Under the pieces are notes generated by a model. That model made no database searches. It was not told the DNA's origin and saw only the letters and a program-made list of their open reading frames with translations. DNA of 64,000 nt from a virus. Shown piece by piece: positions 49,065-57,513 of the stretch; the first letter of the stretch is position 1, and every line of letters starts with the position of its first letter. The translations under genes were made by a program, and so were the position numbers. The stretch is from IMG/VR virus record IMGVR_UViG_3300025645_000038, positions 64,001 through 128,000 of that record, one strand, 5' to 3'.

Positions 49065-50359
49065 TAGAAACAAAGAAAGAGTATAGAAAGTTTGCTAGGA
49101 TATTCAGTAAAGAGGATTCCATAGTTATACCAATCGAATGTGATTTTAATAAACATCCAAGAAGTACTAGATTGTGTATACTCTATGTAAAAACTATAGA
49201 TAAAGATTCCAAAGAATATATCCTACCATTTAGACATTCAGATACTCTTAACTTAGAAGAGCATATCATTGATAGTCTTTGGACTCCCAAAAATGTTTAC
49301 ACTCACGATAAGAAGAAGCTACTACATTTCTTTGATTGGAAGAACACACACGATGTACAGATGAATCATTACTTAGAAAAGAACGAACCATTGTCTATAG
49401 ATGATATATTGACAAATGCACATGAATACTTTTATAGAAAGTATTATGGTAAGTCTAACATAAATTGTGTGATACCTATCATGAAGCATTTAGAATGGTG
49501 TAGGAAAGTGGTAGAGGTTCTAAAGGTAGCTGGTATCATTGGACTGAAAGAAACTCAATCGGTGTATAACATTTATAATGAGGATGTATTGGAGAACCTA
49601 CAAAAGATAGAATCAAATGGATTACAGACTGTAGATGGTATGGTATATTCAGAATACAATCCTTACACCGCTACAGGCCGCCCATCAAATAGATTCGGTG
49701 GTTTAAACTTTGCTGCTCTTAATAAGAAGGATGGTAGTAGAAAGAAGTTTGTAAGTAGATATGGTAAAGAGGGTATGTTGGTAGAGATGGATTATGATGC
49801 TTATCATCTAAGATTGATCGGTGAGGTAGTAGACTATCAGTTTCCAAAGGGTTCGGTACATAATCATATGGCTAAATTATATGATACCGATTATGACGAA
49901 GCAAAGTCTTTATCATTTCAGTTTTTGTATGGTCATATACCTGATGAGGTGATAAAAACCAATCCGTTTTTCGCTAAAGTTCAAGTATATATAGATGAGG
50001 TTTGGAGTCAATATAAATCAATGAATTTCATAGAATCTTATATTTATAATAAGAGAATATATAAGAAAAATCTGTCTGATATGAACAAAAATAAGGTATT
50101 TAACTATCTTATACAGTTAATGGAAACAGAGAATAATATGAAGATACTAACAGAGCTTCTACCTAAAATAGATGGTTACAAAAGTAAATTAGTTCTGTAT
50201 AGTTACGATTCATTTTTATTTGACTTTTACCTGCCAGATGGATTAGATTTTCTACAGAAGGTAAAAGGTATTATTGAACAAAAGGGTAAGTTTCCAGTCA
50301 AAGTTGGCAAAGGTTGGAACTATCATGAAATGGAAGATATAACGAGGAAGTTTAAATGA
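49055..50359 (+). CDS. Short divergent family A DNA polymerase-like protein
   Basis: TATGRPS, motif A EMDYDAYHLRL, motif B AKSLSFQFLYG, NYLIQ, motif C LYSYDSFLFD; only 434 aa. Confidence 0.8.
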   Translation: MVIVETKKEYRKFARIFSKEDSIVIPIECDFNKHPRSTRLCILYVKTIDKDSKEYILPFRHSDTLNLEEHIIDSLWTPKNVYTHDKKKLLHFFDWKNTHDVQMNHYLEKNEPLSIDDILTNAHEYFYRKYYGKSNINCVIPIMKHLEWCRKVVEVLKVAGIIGLKETQSVYNIYNEDVLENLQKIESNGLQTVDGMVYSEYNPYTATGRPSNRFGGLNFAALNKKDGSRKKFVSRYGKEGMLVEMDYDAYHLRLIGEVVDYQFPKGSVHNHMAKLYDTDYDEAKSLSFQFLYGHIPDEVIKTNPFFAKVQVYIDEVWSQYKSMNFIESYIYNKRIYKKNLSDMNKNKVFNYLIQLMETENNMKILTELLPKIDGYKSKLVLYSYDSFLFDFYLPDGLDFLQKVKGIIEQKGKFPVKVGKGWNYHEMEDITRKFK

Positions 50360-52443
50360 TTACAGATTTAAATGAAATATTAGTAGAATGGTCTTATCGT
50401 ACAAGCGATGGTAAGCCAGATGTAAAGAATAATGCTAAGTTGATAATACTAGAGTCAGTACTGAATGACTTTGGTTGGAGTAGAGAAGCGAGAGCTGAGT
50501 TGTTAAATACGTTGATGGAAGTGGACATAGTTAGAAAAAAACAACCAGATGGAAGTATGGGCTCTTCATACACAGTACAAAAACACAATCCTGAAAAAGG
50601 ACAGGTTTTAGTAACAAAGAATGCTTCCGATGATGCTGTTGCTAAAGTGACAAAGGGTAAAGTAGATAAAGAAAAAGACAAAGGTGAAGAAAAACCAAAG
50701 GATAATGAAGAAGGGCCAAAAGTCTCTATGTCTAACACAATAGATAGAGGTGGAGATAGTAAGGTTAAAAATTTAGCATTTAAATATGGTTTTAAAGAGG
50801 TAAAAGATAAAGATGGAAATACTATATTTAAACCTGCGCCAGGTAATGCAGGTTCATTGTTAAATGAGGTTGTTTCAGGTGAAGTCGCACAGATGCTTGA
50901 AGAGAATCCAAATTTATCAGATGAAGAGCTTATTGATATATTGGAAGATAGATTTGGTGAAACTGAATTATTTAAAAGTAAAGGCAAAAATGGAAATTCA
51001 GGTAGTAAACTTGCAGGAGGACTAACAAAAAAAGATATTGATGTTCCTGAAGGAAAAAATGTTGGTTTGTATAGTAAATTATTCTTAGCTGTAAAGAGTG
51101 GAAGAAGAAAACATAACAAAGCTGTAGATAAAGCTGAGAAAAGAGGTTTTAAAAATCCAAAGATGGAAAACTACTACGGTCACTCATCATCATTTGACGC
51201 GATGGTGGATGCTATTAAGGACAAACAAGTGATTGGTCCCGAAGGTGAAAAAATATCACAAGAAGAGGCAGAAGAATTAATTAGGTCAGGTGGTGGTGGA
51301 GATAACCCATCGGATACTGGAACATTGGTATTTGATGAAGCTTCTAATAAAGTTATAATGCTATTTCACTCCGATAAAGATAGTTTAGATGCGATTGTCG
51401 CACAATCAAGCGCAAACGCAGAAGCTGTAGCAAATGAAAAAAATGTTGATAGGCTGGTTAAAGATGGTAAAATTACAGAAGAACAAGCTGAAGCAGTTAA
51501 GGGTAAAAATAGAGAGTTGGTAGATACTTTAGATGATACAGAAAAAGAATTGAAACAAGTGGTTACAGGTCCAGGTAAGTGGTTTCAGAAAAATGTAGAA
51601 CCAAAAGATGCAATTAATAGTATAAAGAATGATGAGAATCTTGATGGTAGTAAAGATAAAAATGCAACATCTACAAAGTGGAAATCTGTTGTTAACCAAA
51701 GAGGTGAACTAAATTCAAAATTGAGAAAATATTTACCGGATGGAGTAAACCATAGAACTGTAACTGATGAACAAGCCTTAGATGCATTCTTAAAATTTAT
51801 GGCTGATGAAGATAAGGGAGTAGATGTAAAAGGTAATCCTATAGAACCAACTGATGACCAAGTAACATTGATGGAAAGATTAAATTCAAGGTTTGTCGAA
51901 AAAGGTGCACCTGATATATTTACTCAATTAGAAGATATAAGAAATAGAACATTACAAGCCCAAAGAGATTTCACAAAAGATAATGATGAAATAAAAATAG
52001 ATGTAGATGGTAAAGAAGTAGGATTAGGAACATTTTTAGAGGGTGGAACTGTGTGGAAACAATTTCATTTGGAAGCATCCAATTCTGATTCAAAGACAGG
52101 TGTTCATAAGTATCCTGGTATGTTTGAAACTAATCACGCTGGACTTGCAGTTGATGGCGAGACGTTGGTTGGTTGTATGGGTGGTGATGTTAAAAACAAA
52201 AATGATTTCGTAACTCGTTTAGAAGTTGGTGATATTGAAGCACAAAAAGGTGTTAGTGGAACACAAAAAGGATTAACTACAGGTGGAAAAAGATTAGTGT
52301 ATGCTATAACTGCTGGTGGTGAAAAAATTGAAATAGGTCAGAAAACAATGAGAACAAAACGAGGTAAAACAGGTAAATTAGCAACCGATTACAAGTGGTC
52401 TAAAGATATGAAAGATTGTTTTTCTAAAAAGGGAAAGAAGTAA
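50356..52443 (+). CDS. Hypothetical protein, possibly head-packaged, possible PD-(D/E)xK-like fold
   Basis: N-terminal DLNEILVEW...LME; internal NE...NPSD...HSDK arrangement. Confidence 0.35.
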   Translation: MITDLNEILVEWSYRTSDGKPDVKNNAKLIILESVLNDFGWSREARAELLNTLMEVDIVRKKQPDGSMGSSYTVQKHNPEKGQVLVTKNASDDAVAKVTKGKVDKEKDKGEEKPKDNEEGPKVSMSNTIDRGGDSKVKNLAFKYGFKEVKDKDGNTIFKPAPGNAGSLLNEVVSGEVAQMLEENPNLSDEELIDILEDRFGETELFKSKGKNGNSGSKLAGGLTKKDIDVPEGKNVGLYSKLFLAVKSGRRKHNKAVDKAEKRGFKNPKMENYYGHSSSFDAMVDAIKDKQVIGPEGEKISQEEAEELIRSGGGGDNPSDTGTLVFDEASNKVIMLFHSDKDSLDAIVAQSSANAEAVANEKNVDRLVKDGKITEEQAEAVKGKNRELVDTLDDTEKELKQVVTGPGKWFQKNVEPKDAINSIKNDENLDGSKDKNATSTKWKSVVNQRGELNSKLRKYLPDGVNHRTVTDEQALDAFLKFMADEDKGVDVKGNPIEPTDDQVTLMERLNSRFVEKGAPDIFTQLEDIRNRTLQAQRDFTKDNDEIKIDVDGKEVGLGTFLEGGTVWKQFHLEASNSDSKTGVHKYPGMFETNHAGLAVDGETLVGCMGGDVKNKNDFVTRLEVGDIEAQKGVSGTQKGLTTGGKRLVYAITAGGEKIEIGQKTMRTKRGKTGKLATDYKWSKDMKDCFSKKGKK

Positions 52444-52856
52444 TGAAAACACAACTACTCTGCACATTCACCCAAAAAGAAAATCTAAATGATATTCTTG
52501 ACCTAATCATTTTATGTAATGATATACTCTACGATAAGATATATGTATTTCAGAATGGTAAAGACCACAACCAGCTTATCTGTACATACAATGTTGAGTA
52601 CGATGGTGATAATCATCCTGAAGATATTCCAAATACGATATCACTACATAGAAAGAAACAAAGTAATACACTATACACAATCAACGCACTCAACGAAGTT
52701 ATCAGAGAACTAAATGGTGGTGTGCTTGATAAGAGATTTCCCATACCTTGGGATGATTACTATAATAGTTTATTACTAACTAATGAGAACGGACTAAATA
52801 AAATACCGACAAAAATACACAGCATCGTTGATACAAAAAATCATAAAGAAAATTAA
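52443..52856 (+). CDS. Hypothetical phage protein
   Basis: TQLLCTF...TYNV...HRKKQSNTLYTINALN; overlaps the upstream stop codon. Confidence 0.6.
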   Translation: MKTQLLCTFTQKENLNDILDLIILCNDILYDKIYVFQNGKDHNQLICTYNVEYDGDNHPEDIPNTISLHRKKQSNTLYTINALNEVIRELNGGVLDKRFPIPWDDYYNSLLLTNENGLNKIPTKIHSIVDTKNHKEN

Positions 52857-52862
52857 AAAAAT

Positions 52863-52896
52863 AATTGTATTTCACTATTACGGGTGATATATATTA
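52863..52896 (+). promoter_or_regulatory. Putative bipartite promoter AATTGTATTTC-N11-TGATATATATTA upstream of SSB
   Basis: Matches 33975-34008 in both boxes and spacing. Confidence 0.6.
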
Positions 52897-52958
52897 TTGG
52901 TTACAGAATGATGTAACTAACAAATGAATAATAACTAATAAAATAAGGAGAATAAAAA

Positions 52959-53714
52959 ATGGATATTAATTCTATTCGTAAGCGTCTTAATCAATTACAA
53001 ACCACAAACAATAGGACTTCAAACCTATGGAAACCTCAACCAGGAAAACAAGTCATTAGGGTATTACCTTACAAACATAATAAGGATAATCCTTTCATTG
53101 AGTTGTTCTTTCATTTTGGTTTGAATAACAAAACCTATTTATCACCAATCTCTTTTGGTCGTCCAGACCCAATTGAAGAGTTTGCTCAGAAACTAAAAAC
53201 AAGTGGAAACAGAGAAGAGTATCAGATGGCTCGTAAGTTAGAAGCCAAGATGAGAACTTTTGCTCCTGTTATTGTTAGAGGTGAAGAGACTCAAGGTGTT
53301 CGTTTTTGGGGATTTGGTAAGACGGTCTATCAAGAATTACTTTCTGTAATAGCAGATCCAGACTATGGTGATATCACAGACGCTGTTAGTGGTCGTGATG
53401 TATCAGTAGAGTTTATTACTGCTGAAGAAAGTGGTGCTTCTTTTCCTAAGACTACCATTCGTGTTAAACCTAATCAGAATCCTATCGTAGAGGATAAAGC
53501 ACAATTGGAAAATCTCTTAGAAAACCAAAAAGACATTACTGAATTATATCAGGAATTATCTTATGAGGAGCTAACAGATGTTCTTAACACTTGGTTGAAT
53601 CCAGATGATACATCAACCGAGAGTGGAACTCAGACTGAAGCTTCGTCAGTAGTAGCTGAAACAGCAAAAGTTGAAGATGCTAGTGCTGCATTTGATGAGT
53701 TATTCAATAAGTAA
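52959..53714 (+). CDS. Single-stranded DNA-binding protein (gp32-like)
   Basis: WKP..G..VIRVLP, FWGFGKTVY, DITD..GRD and acidic tail ending FDELFNK. Confidence 0.85.
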   Translation: MDINSIRKRLNQLQTTNNRTSNLWKPQPGKQVIRVLPYKHNKDNPFIELFFHFGLNNKTYLSPISFGRPDPIEEFAQKLKTSGNREEYQMARKLEAKMRTFAPVIVRGEETQGVRFWGFGKTVYQELLSVIADPDYGDITDAVSGRDVSVEFITAEESGASFPKTTIRVKPNQNPIVEDKAQLENLLENQKDITELYQELSYEELTDVLNTWLNPDDTSTESGTQTEASSVVAETAKVEDASAAFDELFNK

Positions 53715-53722
53715 ATAAAGTG

Positions 53723-53798
53723 TAGTGGGTGTTGAAGCCAACACTAATAAAACCGAGTGTGTGCGAAGGATTCTTTACAAAGCCGGACACACCCACTA
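53723..53798 (+). ncRNA. Candidate structured cis-regulatory RNA between SSB and UvsX
   Basis: 10-bp stem TAGTGGGTGT/ACACCCACTA enclosing alternative helices. Confidence 0.45.
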
Positions 53799-53815
53799 TC
53801 TAATAGGAGAAATAT

Positions 53816-54913
53816 ATGTCAGTTAAAGACGATTTAGCTGGGGTTCTTGCCGACTCTCTAAATAAGAAGTTCAAAGATTATAAGGTTGCTTACTTCTTGG
53901 ATGGAGTTCAAGAAACACCAACAGATATCAAAGAGTTCATTTCAACAGGTTCAACAATGTTAGACTTAGCAATTTCAAATCGCCCTAATGGTGGTATTGC
54001 AGTTGGTAGGATTACAGAACTGAATGGATTGGAAAGTAGTGGTAAATCATTAGTAGGTGCTCACCTACTTTCAGAGACTCAAAAGAAAGGTGGTGTCGCT
54101 GTTTATATAGATACAGAGACTGCCGTAAGTGAAGAATTTTTAGGTGTTATAGGTGTTGATATAAATAATATGTTGTATCTACATTTAGAAACAGTAGAAG
54201 ATATCTTTGAAGCTATTGAAGAAATCGTAACCAAAGTTCGTGAGTCTGATAAGGATAGGTTAGTAACCATCTTAGTAGATTCATTAGCTGCTGCTACAAC
54301 TAAGGTTGAGTTAAATGCAGACTTTGATAAGGATGGTTGGGCTACTTCAAAAGCTATCGTAATATCTAAAGCTATGAGAAAGATTACTCAGATGATTGGA
54401 AGACAAAGAGTAGCTTTGGTATTCACAAATCAGTTAAGGGTAAAGTTAGGTGCTATGTTTGGAGATCCTTATACCACATCAGGTGGTAAGGCTCTTCCTT
54501 TTCATGCATCAACTCGTATTCGTTTAAAGAATAAAGGTCAAATAAAGGATACTAAAAAGAATGTAATCGGTATGACTATTCTGGCACAAGTGATTAAGAA
54601 TCGTTTGGGTCCTCCACTTAGAAAAGCAGAGTTTCCTCTGTACTTTGAAAGTGGTGTAGATGATGAGGGTAGTTGGTTACAAGTTCTTAAAGACCACAAC
54701 TTAGTCAAAGTTGGTGGTGCTTGGTATACTATGAAAGACCACAATGATGAAGAGATTAAGTTTCAATCTAAGGATTGGGCTGAAAAGTTAGAAGATGAAG
54801 ATTTCAAAGACTATTGTTACAAGTTGATTTGTGATAAAGTCATACTGAAATACACTAAAGCTGATTTAGGTATCGATGATGTAGAGATTACAGAAGAGGT
54901 GTTGGGTGACTAA
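53816..54913 (+). CDS. uvsX: RecA/UvsX recombinase
   Basis: ISTGSTMLD, GRITELNGLESSGKS, YIDTE, VDS, FTNQLR and TSGGKALPFHAS. Confidence 0.93.
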   Translation: MSVKDDLAGVLADSLNKKFKDYKVAYFLDGVQETPTDIKEFISTGSTMLDLAISNRPNGGIAVGRITELNGLESSGKSLVGAHLLSETQKKGGVAVYIDTETAVSEEFLGVIGVDINNMLYLHLETVEDIFEAIEEIVTKVRESDKDRLVTILVDSLAAATTKVELNADFDKDGWATSKAIVISKAMRKITQMIGRQRVALVFTNQLRVKLGAMFGDPYTTSGGKALPFHASTRIRLKNKGQIKDTKKNVIGMTILAQVIKNRLGPPLRKAEFPLYFESGVDDEGSWLQVLKDHNLVKVGGAWYTMKDHNDEEIKFQSKDWAEKLEDEDFKDYCYKLICDKVILKYTKADLGIDDVEITEEVLGD

Positions 54914-55940
54914 TGCTAGATACCTTTCTATTCTCGATGAGATAAAGAAAAAAGGCGGTGAGTTAGATTCAGAAGAACCTGACGACAAGGTATTGATTAT
55001 AGATGGACTAAATACATTCATAAGATGTTTTAGCGCTATACCAACTCTCAATGATGACGGTGCTCATGTTGGGGGAATAGTTGGTTTTCTAAGGTCAATC
55101 GGATACGCTATTAGGACTATTAGACCTACTCGAACTGTCATAGTATTTGATGGTAAAGGTGGGTCTAACCGCCGAAAGAAGTTATTTCCAGATTACAAAG
55201 CTGGTAGGAACATGTCGGAAAGACTTAATCGTTCCTATGATTTCAATGATAAAGAAGATGAACATCAATCTATGAAGATGCAATTGACTAGGGTTATAGA
55301 TTACTTAGATTATCTTCCAATCACAACGATTACTATTGAAGGTATAGAAGCAGATGATACGATGGCTTATCTTACCAAACAGGTTATGAAGACATCTAAG
55401 ATAGTTTTAATGTCTACGGACAAAGACTTTCTTCAGTTGGTAAATCACAGAGTATCGGTTTGGTCACCAACAAAAAAGAAGATGTACGATCCTCCTAAAG
55501 TTTTAGAGGACTATGGTATTCCATCTCATAACTTTGCTGTTTATAGGTCAATAGATGGTGACAAGTCTGATAACATAGATGGAGTTCGTGGTTGGGGTTT
55601 GAAAACTATTCAAAAAAAAATACCACTTTTGCTCGAAGACAAGATACTTAATATAGATGACATTATTAAAGAAGATGAAAAGCTCAAGGAGAGTGAAGAG
55701 TTATTGAAAAGAAACTATAGGTTGATGCAGTTAGATGAAGTAGACATCAGCACCTCTGCTAAAACTAAAATCTTAGATAAAATTAGAGAACCTATCAATG
55801 GGTTAAATAAAATACAATTTCAAAAAAGGTTTATTGAGGATAGACTATTTGCAACATTACCAAATATGGATAGTTGGTTGGTTCAATGTTTTGCTAAACT
55901 CAATCAGATGGCTGAGAAATCAAATGGGAAGAAAACGTAA
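54906..55940 (+). CDS. 5'-3' exonuclease / flap endonuclease (T4 RNase H-like)
   Basis: IIDGLN, VFDGKG, YKAGR, EADD, STDKDFLQL and GDKSDNIDGV. Confidence 0.92.
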   Translation: MTNARYLSILDEIKKKGGELDSEEPDDKVLIIDGLNTFIRCFSAIPTLNDDGAHVGGIVGFLRSIGYAIRTIRPTRTVIVFDGKGGSNRRKKLFPDYKAGRNMSERLNRSYDFNDKEDEHQSMKMQLTRVIDYLDYLPITTITIEGIEADDTMAYLTKQVMKTSKIVLMSTDKDFLQLVNHRVSVWSPTKKKMYDPPKVLEDYGIPSHNFAVYRSIDGDKSDNIDGVRGWGLKTIQKKIPLLLEDKILNIDDIIKEDEKLKESEELLKRNYRLMQLDEVDISTSAKTKILDKIREPINGLNKIQFQKRFIEDRLFATLPNMDSWLVQCFAKLNQMAEKSNGKKT

Positions 55941-56103
55941 ATACAACACAGAGTCAGAAAAAAAGGAAGCACAACGTAAGTGGTCTATGAACTACTACCA
56001 TAAAAATAGAGCGGCTCTACAAGCTAAAGCTAGAGAACGTTATCGTAGAAAAAAACAAATGGAACTAAAGGAAAAACAAAGAAGAGAACTATATGGCGAG
56101 TGA
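55924..56103 (+). CDS. Small basic protein (probable start ATG 55924)
   Basis: MGRKRKY...YYHKN...ARERYRRKK; likely binds nucleic acid. Confidence 0.5.
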   Translation: MGRKRKYNTESEKKEAQRKWSMNYYHKNRAALQAKARERYRRKKQMELKEKQRRELYGE

Positions 56104-57451
56104 AAATTTTAATCAGTTCGGCCCGACATTTCAATCAAAGGTAATCTCATCTTTATTGTCGGATAACAAATTCATACAGACTATAAGTGATATATTAGAA
56201 CCAGAATATTTTGACTCAGATGCAAACAAATGGTTAACAAAAGAAATAGCTAAATACTTTATGGAGTTTAGAAAGTCTCCAACGTTAGAAGTTCTGAAGA
56301 TAAAAATCAATCAGATGGAAGACGAGATTCTAAAAGTATCTGTTGTAGAAAATCTAAAAGATGCTTGGAGAAATATAGAAGCTACAGACTTAGAGTTTGT
56401 AAAACAAGAAACATTAGGTTTCTGTAAAAACCAAGTCATCAAAGAATCAATCATGCAATCGGTAGACCTATTAGAACAAAAGAAATACGATGAGATAAAA
56501 GTTCTTATCGATGCTGCTATGAAAGCTGGTAGTGAAAGAGACTTAGGTCATGATTATATTATATCCCTAAATGACAGACTTACAGAATCAGTAAGAGAGA
56601 CACTACCAACACCTTGGGATTCTATAACCAATGTAATGGATGGTGGATTAGCTGGTGGTGAGTTAGGTGTGTTAGTTGCTCCTGCTGGTATCGGTAAGAC
56701 TTGGTGTTTACAATCTTTAGCTGCTCACTTGGTAAGACAAGGTAAAACTGTAGTTCATTATACATTAGAGTTGAATGAGGCTTATGTTGGTTTAAGATAT
56801 GATACAGTATTTAGTGGTACACCAACTGCTAACATTAAATTTTATCAAGATGATGTACAGAAAGTTATAGATGGACTAAAAGGTAAGTTGATTATAAAAT
56901 ACTATCCAACTCGTTCTGCTTCGGTAAACACATTAGCTTCTCATCTTAAACAGATGGAGATACAAGAAATCAAACCTGATGCTGTCATAGTTGATTATGC
57001 TGATATTCTAAAACCAACTACATTCTATAAAGAGAAGAGACACGCTACAGGTGAGACTTATGAAAATCTTCGTGGTATGGCTGGTGAGTTTGATATTCCA
57101 ATATGGACTGCTTCACAGGCAAATAGAAGTTCGTTAGAAGAAGATGTGATTGATGCCAGTAAGGTGGCTGAAGATTATAGTAAGGTGATGACTGCTGACT
57201 TTGTTATGTCTGTAAGTCGTAAGGTTGAGGATAAGATTGCAAACACAGGCAGAGTTCATGTAATCAAAAATAGATTTGGTGTTGATGGAATAACATTTCC
57301 TGCAGAAATCAATACAAATACAGGCAACATACAAGTGTATGAAGCTTCAACGCAGGGTGGGAAAGAAGCTCAAGGTAAGATGGATAATTCAGAAGAGTAC
57401 CTAAGACAAACTTTATCTAAAAAATATAAAGATATGGGTGGATTCGAGTAA
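56093..57451 (+). CDS. Replicative DnaB-like helicase (gp41-like)
   Basis: APAGIGKT Walker A, YTLEL, IVDYAD, WTASQANR and KNRFG. Confidence 0.93.
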   Translation: MASENFNQFGPTFQSKVISSLLSDNKFIQTISDILEPEYFDSDANKWLTKEIAKYFMEFRKSPTLEVLKIKINQMEDEILKVSVVENLKDAWRNIEATDLEFVKQETLGFCKNQVIKESIMQSVDLLEQKKYDEIKVLIDAAMKAGSERDLGHDYIISLNDRLTESVRETLPTPWDSITNVMDGGLAGGELGVLVAPAGIGKTWCLQSLAAHLVRQGKTVVHYTLELNEAYVGLRYDTVFSGTPTANIKFYQDDVQKVIDGLKGKLIIKYYPTRSASVNTLASHLKQMEIQEIKPDAVIVDYADILKPTTFYKEKRHATGETYENLRGMAGEFDIPIWTASQANRSSLEEDVIDASKVAEDYSKVMTADFVMSVSRKVEDKIANTGRVHVIKNRFGVDGITFPAEINTNTGNIQVYEASTQGGKEAQGKMDNSEEYLRQTLSKKYKDMGGFE

Positions 57452-57513
57452 TAAGAATTGGTATATATTATATTTAATATTGTGTACAAAAGAACAAAAA
57501 TAAATTAGGAGTT

